From an uncultured Hyphomicrobiales bacterium (lineage in GTDB: Bacteria; Pseudomonadota; Alphaproteobacteria; Rhizobiales; Beijerinckiaceae), in NCBI GenBank assembly GCA_903932565.1, contig CAIZGQ010000073.1, positions 699 through 64,698 of the forward strand: a stretch of 64,000 nt of DNA, written 5' to 3'. The position numbers and the translations under genes are program-made. The notes beneath the pieces are model-generated. The model worked only from the letters and a program-made list of their open reading frames with translations. It made no database searches and had not been told where the DNA came from. Of the stretch, positions 53,333-63,743 are shown piece after piece (positions within the stretch are counted from its first letter, which is position 1; every line of letters begins with the position of its first letter).

Positions 53333-53872
53333 ATGGAAGAGGTTGTCCGAGTTGCTACGAAGGAAGACGAAGACGAGGTCATGCGTCTGCTTCACATGAT
53401 GCACAGCGAGGGCGGATTGATGCCGCTGGATGAGATGAGCGCCCATGAGATGTTTCAGAAGGCATTCAACCGTCATGGTGCCATTCTGGGGGTGATCGGA
53501 GATCCCGGTGACATCAAGGCGATGATCTTCCTGCTGATAGGCAAGTTTTGGTACACCCAGAGCTATCACCTCGAGGAGTTGTTCAACTTCATCCGCCCGG
53601 ACAAGCGGAAGAGCGACTACTCCGATCGCATGATTAACTTTGCCAAGAAGTGCGCTGAAGAGACAAAGCTTCCTCTGGTGATTGGTGTGCTGACGAACAG
53701 CCGCATGGCTGGAAAGGTGAGGCTGTATCGGCGTCATCTTGGATACCCCGCAGGCGCGTTTTTCGTGTATAATGCTGCTTGGATTAACGAACCGTCCGGC
53801 AAGGATTTCTGGAAGAAACCGTTTTACGGAAACAATAACCTGCTGGATGTCGACGGGCATAAGGGAGCATAG
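53333..53872 (+). CDS. GNAT-family N-acetyltransferase
   Basis: 179 aa with a GNAT-like pattern ('RKSDYSDRMINFAKKCAEE') and fold-length. Confidence 0.6.
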   Translation: MEEVVRVATKEDEDEVMRLLHMMHSEGGLMPLDEMSAHEMFQKAFNRHGAILGVIGDPGDIKAMIFLLIGKFWYTQSYHLEELFNFIRPDKRKSDYSDRMINFAKKCAEETKLPLVIGVLTNSRMAGKVRLYRRHLGYPAGAFFVYNAAWINEPSGKDFWKKPFYGNNNLLDVDGHKGA

Positions 53873-53874
53873 CG

Positions 53875-56682
53875 ATGTGCGGTAAGGGTTCTAATACGAC
53901 CTCGACCACGTCGAGTGCCAATCCGCAGGCCATGGGTGCCTACAGCGATGTTCTTTCGCGGGCAGCATCAGCGGCGGGAACCCCCTACCAAGCATACGGC
54001 GGTGAAGAAGTAGCTCCGATAAACCAGCAGCAGCAGGCTGGTTTCGGAACGATCAATGCGGCTCAGCCGGGATACCAGACGGCATTCGGACAGATACAGG
54101 GCAGTTCAGCCCCCATCACCGGTCAAGACATCTCCCAGTACGAAAGCCCCTACACGAACGATGTCGTTAACGCGACGATGGCTGATTTCGCGCATCAGAA
54201 CGCAGAGGGTCAGGCAGGTGTTGTTGGCAATGCCGCGGCGCAGAATGCATTGGGCGGCGATCGTGTCGGCGTAGCGCAGGCATTGACGGCAGAGGGTCAG
54301 ACGAGGGCACAGGCACCGGTCATTGCTGGACTGCGCGATAAAGGCTTCCAGACAGCCTTGGGAGCGGCCCAGAACCAGCAGCGGACGGGTATTGCGGGTG
54401 GTCAGGGCATGGCTGGCGTGACTGGTCAGGAGATCCAAGGCGGTCAGGCTCAGGTTGGTGCAGGCACCCTCCAGCAGACGACCCAGCAGGCTCAGGACAC
54501 GCAGGGACGTCAGGACTACTACCAGAAGATGGGCTACCCGTTCCAAGTGGCTCAGTACCTTGCCGCGATCGACACTGGAGTCGGCTCCCAGATGGGTGGA
54601 ACCAGCCAGACGCAGGGTCCGACACCGAATACCTTTGCTCAGGTTGCTGGTCTTGGATTATCTGCCGCATCCATGTTTGCGGCCCGCGGTGGTCGCATCC
54701 CCGGATTTGCCCCGCCCCGTCGCCATAGGGCATCAGGAGGCTATACAGGCCCGTGGGGAGGTGCTGATAGCTGGGTGCCCGCAATGCAGCCGGTCCATGG
54801 AAAGGGCCCTCCCGCGCCCCCCGCCGCGCCCAAACAGCAGGGTCTATCGCAAGATCAGATGAAGGGATTTGGTGTTGCGGCGAAGGGCCTGTCTAATTGG
54901 TGGGGCAATCAGGATGCAGATCCAGGTTCCGCAGATAATCCGTTGCCGGGTCTGGTTGGCGGTAGCGGCCCAGATTCTGATTATGGCCCGATGAACCGTG
55001 GCGGTCGCGTTCGGCGCTATGCCAATGGCGGCTTTGCTCGAGGCGGCGATCCGGAGGCAGACGACTACGCAAGTGGCTACATGGGGGACTATACCCCACC
55101 GACGGTGGCAGGATTAGGTGCCACGGAACCTGCGGTATCGTTTGATGACCGGTTTGGTGCGGCTTTCCGTCCCCATGAGGGGCCGAAGTATCGATTGGCT
55201 GGTCCGGAGGCCATGGATGAATGGCGCAATGGCGTGGACCATCCCAATGCGGCTCTGGTTGCCGATAGCGGTGGCCCTGAAGGTCCGGAAGTTGGCAAGC
55301 CTCCGGAGGATGGCGGTAACGTCCTTCCGTTCCCGAAAAAGCGTGGGTTTGAACCGACGTCGGCCACGGCATCATTGCCAAAGGAAATCACTGGGCCCGA
55401 CAGCGAAGAGGAGCCCACAAGTGCGATGGGCTATGCTGGCAAGCCGCAAGCTGCCGGTGTCGGTCCCGCTACCTCACTTGCTCCTCCTCCTGCGCCACCG
55501 GTCGACACTAGCTGGCTCGACAAAATTGGCATCCACCTGTCTCCGGATGAGCGCCATTCGATGAAGCAGGCGTTGATGCAAGCTGGCTTCGCGATGATGG
55601 CGAACACGCACGGTGGGCCCGGATCATTCCTGCAGTCCGCAGGCGAGGCTGGGATGACCGGTGTTGGTGCCTATACCAAGTCGCAGGAACTGCAGCATGA
55701 GCATGATGTAGAGCAGCAGAAGTTGCAGATGCATCAGGCAGAGGTCGATCGTCCATATAAGGAAATGACACTAGCTCAGAAGGCCGCGGCAGATCGCGAG
55801 AAATGGACGCCGGTTGGTTCAGCCATCACAGCAGATGGTGCAATTCATCCGGTTGTGATGAACCAGAGCACGGGTGAATACAAAGACGTCGTGACTGGTA
55901 AGGCTCCGGATGCAGATGCAAAATATCAACCTCCGAAGGGGAAGACCGGGAAAGATTCAGCCGTTGTTGATTCCATCGTCAACGGCATCGTAAGTGGCAG
56001 GCAGTCCCCACTCACGACCGGCCTTTATGGATACGGGCCTGAAGTAAGAGCAGAGCTCGAGCGCCGCAACTTTGATTCATCCAAGGCTACGCTGGAATGG
56101 AAAAGAGCAGAGAAGCAGATCGCATCGCTTAATGGTCCGCAGATGACCCGGTTTGTCGGTCTTGCATCCAGTGTTGATAGGACCATCGATGAAGTTCGCG
56201 ATCTGTCTAAGGAGTTGAAGAACTCTGGCATACCGCTGCTGAACAAGGCGAAGCTGATGGAGGTGAAGAACCTCGAGGGCAATTCTCCGAAGGGGCAGTT
56301 GGCGGCTCGCTATATCGGCGCAGTCAACACGCTGAAAGAAGAATTCGCCAACTTGGCTCAGGGCGGATATGCACCGACGGAATCGGCGTGGCATCTTGCC
56401 AACGAGCAGATCAATCGCGACTACGGCGTTCAGCAGCTAGGTGCATCGCTCGACGAAGTGCAGCGTCTTGTTCGTTACCGTGTTCAGGCAATTCCGGGGC
56501 TGTCTACGCAGGGGCCGGGAGCTGCGAATAGATATACGGGACAGGGTGGTCAGCAGACTGAACCGCATACGCCTCCGTCAGGTATTCCTCCGCTGGCTGT
56601 CGGCACTAAAACAGATACCAAGGGCGTTGAGTGGTATGTCGACAGTAAGGGCAACGCCTTAAGGCCGGTACATGAAGAATGA
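53875..56682 (+). CDS. Gln/Gly/Pro-rich internal virion (ejection) protein
   Basis: 935-aa low-complexity ORF upstream of the giant protein. Confidence 0.6.
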   Translation: MCGKGSNTTSTTSSANPQAMGAYSDVLSRAASAAGTPYQAYGGEEVAPINQQQQAGFGTINAAQPGYQTAFGQIQGSSAPITGQDISQYESPYTNDVVNATMADFAHQNAEGQAGVVGNAAAQNALGGDRVGVAQALTAEGQTRAQAPVIAGLRDKGFQTALGAAQNQQRTGIAGGQGMAGVTGQEIQGGQAQVGAGTLQQTTQQAQDTQGRQDYYQKMGYPFQVAQYLAAIDTGVGSQMGGTSQTQGPTPNTFAQVAGLGLSAASMFAARGGRIPGFAPPRRHRASGGYTGPWGGADSWVPAMQPVHGKGPPAPPAAPKQQGLSQDQMKGFGVAAKGLSNWWGNQDADPGSADNPLPGLVGGSGPDSDYGPMNRGGRVRRYANGGFARGGDPEADDYASGYMGDYTPPTVAGLGATEPAVSFDDRFGAAFRPHEGPKYRLAGPEAMDEWRNGVDHPNAALVADSGGPEGPEVGKPPEDGGNVLPFPKKRGFEPTSATASLPKEITGPDSEEEPTSAMGYAGKPQAAGVGPATSLAPPPAPPVDTSWLDKIGIHLSPDERHSMKQALMQAGFAMMANTHGGPGSFLQSAGEAGMTGVGAYTKSQELQHEHDVEQQKLQMHQAEVDRPYKEMTLAQKAAADREKWTPVGSAITADGAIHPVVMNQSTGEYKDVVTGKAPDADAKYQPPKGKTGKDSAVVDSIVNGIVSGRQSPLTTGLYGYGPEVRAELERRNFDSSKATLEWKRAEKQIASLNGPQMTRFVGLASSVDRTIDEVRDLSKELKNSGIPLLNKAKLMEVKNLEGNSPKGQLAARYIGAVNTLKEEFANLAQGGYAPTESAWHLANEQINRDYGVQQLGASLDEVQRLVRYRVQAIPGLSTQGPGAANRYTGQGGQQTEPHTPPSGIPPLAVGTKTDTKGVEWYVDSKGNALRPVHEE

Positions 56683-59600
56683 CAGACACTCCTGAATTTG
56701 AACCGGATGCTCCAGTAAAGCCATTGTCGGTGCCGACTGCGCCGATGAGCCAGCCCACGTTTGCGCCAGATGCTACGGTTAAGCCGCTCAAGAAGACTGA
56801 TGCGGAAACGCCGGTCGACTACGGCAAGATGCCGTGGAGTGATGTGGCTGGAAGCGCCGTAGGAAATCTGATCCCCAGTGCGAAGAAGTTTGGCGAAGAT
56901 CTGGTTCAGCCAATTCTTCATCCGATTGACACCGCGCAGTCTCTTGGAAGGGTGGCGCTTGGTGCTGCGGAAAAGCTGGTCCCCGGTGGCGAGCATCCTC
57001 ATGAGAAATATGCCAATGCAGTCGGTCAGTATCTGGTCGATCGCTACGGCAGCGAGGCTGGGTGGAAGAAGGCGATAGCTGAAGATCCAGTTGGTGTGAT
57101 GTCTGACGTTTCCATGGCCGTTACTGGCGGTGGATCTGCTGCTGCCCGTATTCCGGGTACCGTTGGTAAGGTTGGCAGGGCTGTCAGTGAGGTTGGCCGC
57201 GCTGTCGATCCGCTGATGGCTCCGGTGAACGCAGCCAAGGGTGTGAAAGGACTGGCGGCAAATCTCGGAACGCACACTGGATCTGAGGTTCTCAATCAGG
57301 CCTATCAGACTGGTGTCCGCGGCGGCGAAGCTGGTGAAGCCTTCCGCGACAACATGCGCGGGAATGTCCCAATTTCTGATGTTGTCGATACGGCGCGTTC
57401 TGGCGTTGCCAACATGGCACTCGAGCGGAAAAAACAATACGTCAGCGACATGGCCAAGCTGGGCCAAGATCAGACCATCCTGAGTTGGGATGACGTCACA
57501 AAAGCACTTCAGGAGAATGAGAAGGTAAAGACCTTCCATGGCGTGAATATCAGTCCTGAGACGTCAGAGATCAGGAACAAGATCCGTGATGCCGTTGAGC
57601 AGTGGGGCGAATTGCCGCCTGAGATCTATCACACACCGGTCGGGTTTGATGCTCTGAAGCAGATGATTGGCGACATCAAGGAGGCAACTCCATACGGAAC
57701 GCCACAGCGCAAGGTGGCGAACGATGCCTATAACGCTATCCGGAAGGAGATCGTCAAGCAGGCTCCTGAGTATGCCAAGACGATGAAGGACTATGAGAGG
57801 GCGTCGGATCTCATCAAGGAGATGAACCAGACGCTGTCCCTTAATCCGAAGGCAAACATCGACACCACGCTTCGCAAGCTGCAGTCGATCATGCGCAACA
57901 ACGTCAATACCAACTATGGTCGGCGGTTAGAATTGGGGCAATTGCTCGAGCAGAACGGTGCAAAGAACCTGATGGCATCTCTCGCCGGTCAGGCATCGAG
58001 CTCATGGTTTCCGCGTGGCCTTGGTAAGTTGGGTGCTGAGATTGGATTGCTTGCCGCGGGTAGTCACTTCGCAAGTCCTTGGACGCTGGCTGCAACACCG
58101 TTCATGTCGCCGCGATTCATGGGTGAGGCTGCGCATCTGACGGGTCGCGTGGTCGGGAAGCCGCTGCAGAAGACCAACGAGGTTCTTGGCAAGGTCGGTC
58201 TGTCCAATCGCAAGGTTGGAAACACGCTGTACCGCGCCGGTCGGTTGGTCGACGAGCCGCCGCTGACCAAACTGACCGTTGGCGCAAATCCGGATTATGT
58301 TCCGGGTCGTGCGACTGGTGGTGCTGTCCACGCCCATGTGAAAGAACAGGCAGAGCGGGTCGACACCAAGCCAACTGAACCGCAGAAAGAGGTTGGGAAC
58401 TATCGCAAGGGCCATGTTCGGGTGCATGGCCTTCCGATCTCGATTGAAAACCCGCGCGGTTCGTACCGTGAAGGCAAAGACGCGAATGGGAAACCGTGGC
58501 GATCGAAGCTACCTGCTCATTATGGGTACCTGAAGCGGACGGAAGGTGCGGACGGAGATCACGTCGACATCTACGTTGGGCCGAAGCTGAAAAGCCCGCT
58601 GGTGTATGTGATCGACCAGCACGATCATCGCACCGGAAAGTTCGATGAGCATAAGGCATTCATCGGGTTTGAAAATGCCAAGGACGTCAAGCGGACCTAC
58701 CACGAATCATTCACGGATGGTCGGGCTAAGGACCGTCTTCGCCACATGACTGAGATGACCGTTGGTCAATTTAAGCATTGGCTCCAGAACGGGGACACGA
58801 CCAAACCTCTCAAAAAAAAACAACGCGCTGAAGGTGGCCGCGTAGGGTTTGAGGAAGGCGGCGCTCCGGACTGGCAAGATCAGGAAGCACAGTCAAATCT
58901 AGCTGCAATCCAATCCGCACAGCCCCGATCGTGGGGCGACGTGATGAGCGATGTGGCTCAGGCACCGGTTCGTGTGGCGAAGCGTTTGTATAGTGACGCT
59001 ACTACTCCGCATGACTTCTCCAAGGTCATTCCGCGGTTAGCCGGTACGCAGGAAGGCGAAGATCGTTTCCAGACATGGCCAGAGCAGTTGGTCCGCAGTG
59101 GTTCGACGCTGGCTGGGGATACGATGTCTGGTGCCGTTCCGCAGTGGCAGGAAGACCCGGCGACGGGAGAGATGCACACCTCGCCTCAGATGATCGAGCG
59201 GGGGCAAGATCTGGCTGGCATGGCTGGTGGCGCATCTGCTGCGCAGTCGCTGGGTAAAGCCGGTGCTGAGAATGTTGGTCGCAATGTCCGTGTACTTGGG
59301 AAGCAGATACTTGCGTCTGATACTGGTCAGGGTGCTCCGCTATCCGCTCTTGAGAAATCAATCAACATTCATCCGGTCGAAGAACACGCTCCCAAGTTCT
59401 ATTCAAAACTCGAGCAGACAGTTGCTGAATTACCCAACAAGGCAACCGGATCTCAGATCTTGAACACGCTGAAGAACAAGGGCATCAAAGCTGAAGAGCT
59501 GGAGCATACTGGAACGCAGGAGTTTCTGGAGCAGAACGCCGATCGACCGCTGACGAAGGATGAAGTCGCGCAGCATGTAGCGGCGAACAAGGTGCAGTTG

Positions 59601-62513
59601 GGTGAGGTGACGAAGGAAGCCCAAAAAGCATGGGAAGACTTATCTTCATCTGAAATGGATAAATGGGTAGACAGATATAGAGAGTATGACGAACGAGATC
59701 CTCGTCGTGGACGAATAGATATGGACGCTGTTGCTGAGTTCTATGAACGCAATCGCGATGAGTCTTCAAGCGAGGCTAAGTTTAGCGGCTACCAACTCCC
59801 CGGAGGCGAGAACTACCGAGAGAAGCTGCTGACGCTGCCGAAAAAGGAGGCCGCCCTCGTAAGCGATGCTGAAGCATTGGCCGGGGCTAAAAGATTTTTG
59901 GCCCAGCTAGGTGAAGACTGGGACAAGGTACCGGAGCGGTCGCAATTAAATTTTGTCGAGGGAGCACGAACCCAGCTACAGAATGAGCGTCGCGCCTCTG
60001 GAGAAGACGGCGCTAATTATCGTTCCTCCCACTGGGACGAGCCCAACGTATTAGTCCACCGCCGCACAAATGAGCGGGAGGTGAATGGGAAACCGTCGCT
60101 GCACATCGAGGAAATTCAGAGCGACTGGCATCAGCAGGGAAGGCAGAGGGGATATGCCACAGAACAGCCAGAGGTTCTGCGCAAACAAATAACTGATGCC
60201 ACTGAACAGATGGATCAGGCTCGCAAAGCGATCGCCAATACCAGCCCTAATTTACCAGATAAAAGAGCGGCTCGTATTGCTGATTATGAGCGACTTAAGT
60301 CAGACATTCAATCAATGCGAGATAGGTTGGAGGCATCGAAGAAGGGTATCCCCAACGCTCCCTTCAAAAAGAACTGGCACGAACTAGCACTGAAAGACGC
60401 CATCCGTGAGGCAGCGGAGAAGGGCATAGACCGCATCTCATGGACACCGGGAGAGGCGCAGGCGGCTAGGTATGATCTGAGTAAGCAGGTTGATCAGATC
60501 AGGGCTATCAAACGTGGGGATGGAAATTACACGCTTGCCTATGTCCCAAAGGGCGAGCGATATGTGGGAGAGAATTCATTTCGTCCGATGGCGGACGATG
60601 CGTTGCCAGCGAGCAAACTTGCGGACTACGTCGGCAAAGACATGGCCGATAAGATCATAAATGATCCGGAAACAGCCAAGATAGGTGGAGCAAAATATAG
60701 TGGCCTCGACCTCAAGGTCGGCGGGTCCGGCATGAAGGGCTTCTACGACAAGATGATTCCCGACGCGCTGAACAAGATCGGCAAGCCGCACGGGGTGAAG
60801 GTGGAGAGGGGGCAAACGGAAGTCGGGCGTATGGCGAAGGACGTCGATATTGCCCCAGTTCCCGGTGGATGGCGGGCAGTAGTAAGGGGCGATAATACTG
60901 GGGCTCATTTAGATGGCCCTGTTCACGCTACTAGTGGTGAGGCCATACAGTGGCTGAGAAATAAAGGTCATCTATCCGCCCCCGTCCACTACATGGACAT
61001 CCCGCCATCCCTTAAAGAGCAGGCCCTGAAGAAGGGGTTCTCGCTGTTCGAGGATTCGTCGGTAGGTGCGCCGATCGCGGCGCTGGAGCATGCGCCACGC
61101 GAAGGATTTGGCAAGCTTGGTTCTGACCCAAAAGAACAGGCCCTGACCGTCAACGATATTCTGCATCCAGATACTAAGGCGCTTCCGCCTCGATCGCGCA
61201 ACGTCGAGGACATAGCGCAGGGCCTGATGGACCGTGGTGCTAAGGCCTTGCGCAAATTGGGCGTGAAGGGTGGCCGAATTGAGGAGCCGTCGCCACGCAC
61301 CGATGAGTTGCTTTCCCGCTCTATCGCATCAGAGATCAAGGCCGCGATGAATCGTGGGGGAAAGACCGCATCTGACTGGTACACGAAGGCGATCGATGAG
61401 GCGATGGATCATGCCGCTAGCATCCATCCAGAATTGAAGAATGATCCACATCAGAAGATGGGATTCACGTCTGCTCTTGCCATCACCAGTCAAGGCGAGG
61501 CCGTCACATCGAATGTTCGTTTAGCTGAAAAGGCATACGACACATTCAAGAAGACCGGTCGCTTCCCGACGGATGTGCAGGCCAAGAACGGCCCTGCCAT
61601 GAATGCCAATTTCAAGAAGATGAATGCACTGCTTGATGGACTTGGTCCGGAGGGAACGCGCGAGTTCCTGCATAAGGAATTCACCGTCAAGGAACTCGAG
61701 CAGCTTGGGTTCGACGTGGGTGGCGAGAACAAGCAGACCAAGGTTTATGGATCAGCAATCCTGGGACCGAAGATCGGACAAGGATTCTATCAGAACCTGA
61801 ATGGCAACTATAAGCCGGTGACCATGGATCTGTGGTTCATGCGGGCATGGGGTCGGTTGACCGGGACGCTCGTCGGCAAGACCGATATGGCTAAGCCGAC
61901 TGCCAGACTGCAGGACGCAATCCGATCCGAGGGCATGAGGGTGCCTCGCGATCCGGAGAAGCTGTCTCAATTGGCCGACCAGATAGTCCTAAAGCACGAA
62001 CGTGACTTCAGGGCCAATCGCGAGAACTACAACTCTGGTGAAAAGAGCAAGTCAGAATTGACTTATGCTGCGGAGCGGTATGTCAAAAACCTTAAAGGTA
62101 TCAATGAGCAGCCGACGTCTGGTTCTCAGCGGGTCTGGATGCGCGATCGCGTCGAGCGGGCCCGAAAGATCCTCGAGGGCGAGGGCCACAAGATAACAAA
62201 CGCTGACTTGCAGGCCATATGGTGGTATCCTGAAAAGGAACTTTATAGCAAACTTGGAGGGAGAGACAGTGAGCCGATTAACACAGACTACGCCAGCGCG
62301 TTCCGCGACCTCGCCCAGAAAAGAAATGGCGCAGGCGATGGGGCAGTACGCCCCGTGGAGCCAAGATCCGGATCCGCCGGCCAAGCCGATGACAGACGAG
62401 CAGCTCAAGGCAGCGGTGCAAGGTCTAAAAAGGCTAATGGGCAAGAAGTAAGGAAGACCGGTGGCAGAGTAGCACTGCAGACCGCATACGAGATCCGGAG
62501 GGCTGCGCGATGA
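56679..62513 (+). CDS. giant polyvalent internal virion protein
   Basis: 1944 aa. Pyrophosphatase-like 'GADGDHVDIYVG'. Also 'HIEEIQSDWHQQGRQRGY' and 'ISWTPGEAQAARYDLSK' modules. Confidence 0.7.
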   Translation: MTDTPEFEPDAPVKPLSVPTAPMSQPTFAPDATVKPLKKTDAETPVDYGKMPWSDVAGSAVGNLIPSAKKFGEDLVQPILHPIDTAQSLGRVALGAAEKLVPGGEHPHEKYANAVGQYLVDRYGSEAGWKKAIAEDPVGVMSDVSMAVTGGGSAAARIPGTVGKVGRAVSEVGRAVDPLMAPVNAAKGVKGLAANLGTHTGSEVLNQAYQTGVRGGEAGEAFRDNMRGNVPISDVVDTARSGVANMALERKKQYVSDMAKLGQDQTILSWDDVTKALQENEKVKTFHGVNISPETSEIRNKIRDAVEQWGELPPEIYHTPVGFDALKQMIGDIKEATPYGTPQRKVANDAYNAIRKEIVKQAPEYAKTMKDYERASDLIKEMNQTLSLNPKANIDTTLRKLQSIMRNNVNTNYGRRLELGQLLEQNGAKNLMASLAGQASSSWFPRGLGKLGAEIGLLAAGSHFASPWTLAATPFMSPRFMGEAAHLTGRVVGKPLQKTNEVLGKVGLSNRKVGNTLYRAGRLVDEPPLTKLTVGANPDYVPGRATGGAVHAHVKEQAERVDTKPTEPQKEVGNYRKGHVRVHGLPISIENPRGSYREGKDANGKPWRSKLPAHYGYLKRTEGADGDHVDIYVGPKLKSPLVYVIDQHDHRTGKFDEHKAFIGFENAKDVKRTYHESFTDGRAKDRLRHMTEMTVGQFKHWLQNGDTTKPLKKKQRAEGGRVGFEEGGAPDWQDQEAQSNLAAIQSAQPRSWGDVMSDVAQAPVRVAKRLYSDATTPHDFSKVIPRLAGTQEGEDRFQTWPEQLVRSGSTLAGDTMSGAVPQWQEDPATGEMHTSPQMIERGQDLAGMAGGASAAQSLGKAGAENVGRNVRVLGKQILASDTGQGAPLSALEKSINIHPVEEHAPKFYSKLEQTVAELPNKATGSQILNTLKNKGIKAEELEHTGTQEFLEQNADRPLTKDEVAQHVAANKVQLGEVTKEAQKAWEDLSSSEMDKWVDRYREYDERDPRRGRIDMDAVAEFYERNRDESSSEAKFSGYQLPGGENYREKLLTLPKKEAALVSDAEALAGAKRFLAQLGEDWDKVPERSQLNFVEGARTQLQNERRASGEDGANYRSSHWDEPNVLVHRRTNEREVNGKPSLHIEEIQSDWHQQGRQRGYATEQPEVLRKQITDATEQMDQARKAIANTSPNLPDKRAARIADYERLKSDIQSMRDRLEASKKGIPNAPFKKNWHELALKDAIREAAEKGIDRISWTPGEAQAARYDLSKQVDQIRAIKRGDGNYTLAYVPKGERYVGENSFRPMADDALPASKLADYVGKDMADKIINDPETAKIGGAKYSGLDLKVGGSGMKGFYDKMIPDALNKIGKPHGVKVERGQTEVGRMAKDVDIAPVPGGWRAVVRGDNTGAHLDGPVHATSGEAIQWLRNKGHLSAPVHYMDIPPSLKEQALKKGFSLFEDSSVGAPIAALEHAPREGFGKLGSDPKEQALTVNDILHPDTKALPPRSRNVEDIAQGLMDRGAKALRKLGVKGGRIEEPSPRTDELLSRSIASEIKAAMNRGGKTASDWYTKAIDEAMDHAASIHPELKNDPHQKMGFTSALAITSQGEAVTSNVRLAEKAYDTFKKTGRFPTDVQAKNGPAMNANFKKMNALLDGLGPEGTREFLHKEFTVKELEQLGFDVGGENKQTKVYGSAILGPKIGQGFYQNLNGNYKPVTMDLWFMRAWGRLTGTLVGKTDMAKPTARLQDAIRSEGMRVPRDPEKLSQLADQIVLKHERDFRANRENYNSGEKSKSELTYAAERYVKNLKGINEQPTSGSQRVWMRDRVERARKILEGEGHKITNADLQAIWWYPEKELYSKLGGRDSEPINTDYASAFRDLAQKRNGAGDGAVRPVEPRSGSAGQADDRRAAQGSGARSKKANGQEVRKTGGRVALQTAYEIRRAAR

Positions 62514-63289
62514 CCGATTTCGCTACGGCCCTTTGGGCGCTATGGCCCAATGGCGATCAGTTCATCCCCGGACTACGCAAGGGCATTGTGGATTCTGCGC
62601 CAGCGGTGTTTGCAAAGTATGGGGTGAAGTCGCCGATCGTTCTAGCTCACCTCATGGCCCAGATCTCACATGAATGCGGTGCCGGTCACGACGTTGTCGA
62701 AAACCTGAACTACACTGCGTCCAGAATGATGCAGGTTTGGCCATCTCGGTTCCCCACAGTTGGCGATGCCGCACCGTATGTGAAGAGCCCAAGAGCATTG
62801 GCCAATAAGGTATACGGTGGGAGAATGGGTAACCGTATCAACGCAAATGACGGTTGGGACTTCCGCGGTCGGGGCGCCACGCAGACCACCGGTTTCGACG
62901 GGTATCGCGCCCTCGCCACTAGGACTGGCCTTGATCTGGTTAAGAACCCCGATCTGGTAAATGATCCACAGTATTTCCTCGAGTGTGGCGTGGCCGATTT
63001 CATCCTGTGCGGCTGCATGTCGTATGCGCTCGCGGACGATATTGTCGGGGTTACCAAGAAGCTAAACGGCGGTTTGATTGGCCTAGACCAGCGCAGGGAA
63101 TGGCTGGCTAAGTGGAAGGCCAGATCCGTTCCGGTTCCTGTCGCTGTTACGGTTGCACCGCAACCGGTCCCAGTCCCACAGCCCGTGCCTTCAATTCCTG
63201 TTCCGCCTGTGGTAGTTGTGAAGCCAAAGCAATCTTGGATTGCGTCGATTCTCTCTGCGTTTATCTCGTTCTTCAAAAAGGGGAAATAG
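62510..63289 (+). CDS. GH19 (chitinase-like) endolysin with a Pro/Val linker and C-terminal amphipathic helix
   Basis: 'LMAQISHECG...VENLNY...GNRINANDGWDFRGRGATQTTG'. Confidence 0.8.
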   Translation: MTDFATALWALWPNGDQFIPGLRKGIVDSAPAVFAKYGVKSPIVLAHLMAQISHECGAGHDVVENLNYTASRMMQVWPSRFPTVGDAAPYVKSPRALANKVYGGRMGNRINANDGWDFRGRGATQTTGFDGYRALATRTGLDLVKNPDLVNDPQYFLECGVADFILCGCMSYALADDIVGVTKKLNGGLIGLDQRREWLAKWKARSVPVPVAVTVAPQPVPVPQPVPSIPVPPVVVVKPKQSWIASILSAFISFFKKGK

Positions 63290-63290
63290 C

Positions 63291-63467
63291 ATGGCTATCT
63301 TCAGTGGCGGTTTCTGGCTTGGATTTGTGGTTGGCGGCGGCGCGATCGGTGCCGTTGTTTGGTACTACAAGTCGAAAATCCAAGCAGCGGCGGTTTCAGC
63401 CGCTACCATCGCAGCCAAGGCTCAGGCTACGGCATCTGCGGTCGTCAGCGACATCAAGAAAATCTGA
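63291..63467 (+). CDS. small N-terminal-TM lysis-cassette protein
   Basis: MAIFSGGFWLGFVVGGGAIGAVVWYY... Confidence 0.45.
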   Translation: MAIFSGGFWLGFVVGGGAIGAVVWYYKSKIQAAAVSAATIAAKAQATASAVVSDIKKI

Positions 63468-63470
63468 ACT

Positions 63471-63740
63471 GTGTGGGCCTCGCTCAAGCAAACACTGAAG
63501 GGATGGAAGACGGCCATATGGTCTGTCTTCCTGATCGCTCTCGGGCTTGGGCTGACGGCACTTAGCGCTTTGGATATTGTCCAACTCACAGCCATCCTGC
63601 CGGAAAAATACAAGCCATTTGCACCAATGCTTTTGGCTATCATCGGCGGCATCACCGGATATCTACGTAGCATCACCACAGGCCCAATGGGGTCCAAGGG
63701 TAATGTGTCTCCTGAACCTGTAGTAAAGGCGGGAGACTGA
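63471..63740 (+). CDS. two-TM holin-like protein
   Basis: GTG start. 89 aa with two hydrophobic helices. Confidence 0.5.
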   Translation: MWASLKQTLKGWKTAIWSVFLIALGLGLTALSALDIVQLTAILPEKYKPFAPMLLAIIGGITGYLRSITTGPMGSKGNVSPEPVVKAGD

Positions 63741-63743
63741 ACC

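Noticed and set aside
56550-57539. 329-aa minus-strand ORF overlapping the 5' end of the 1944-aa gene.
   Set aside because: It lies entirely inside two strong plus-strand genes, has an Arg/Ser/His-rich composition and has no flanking minus-strand genes. It is most likely a shadow ORF.
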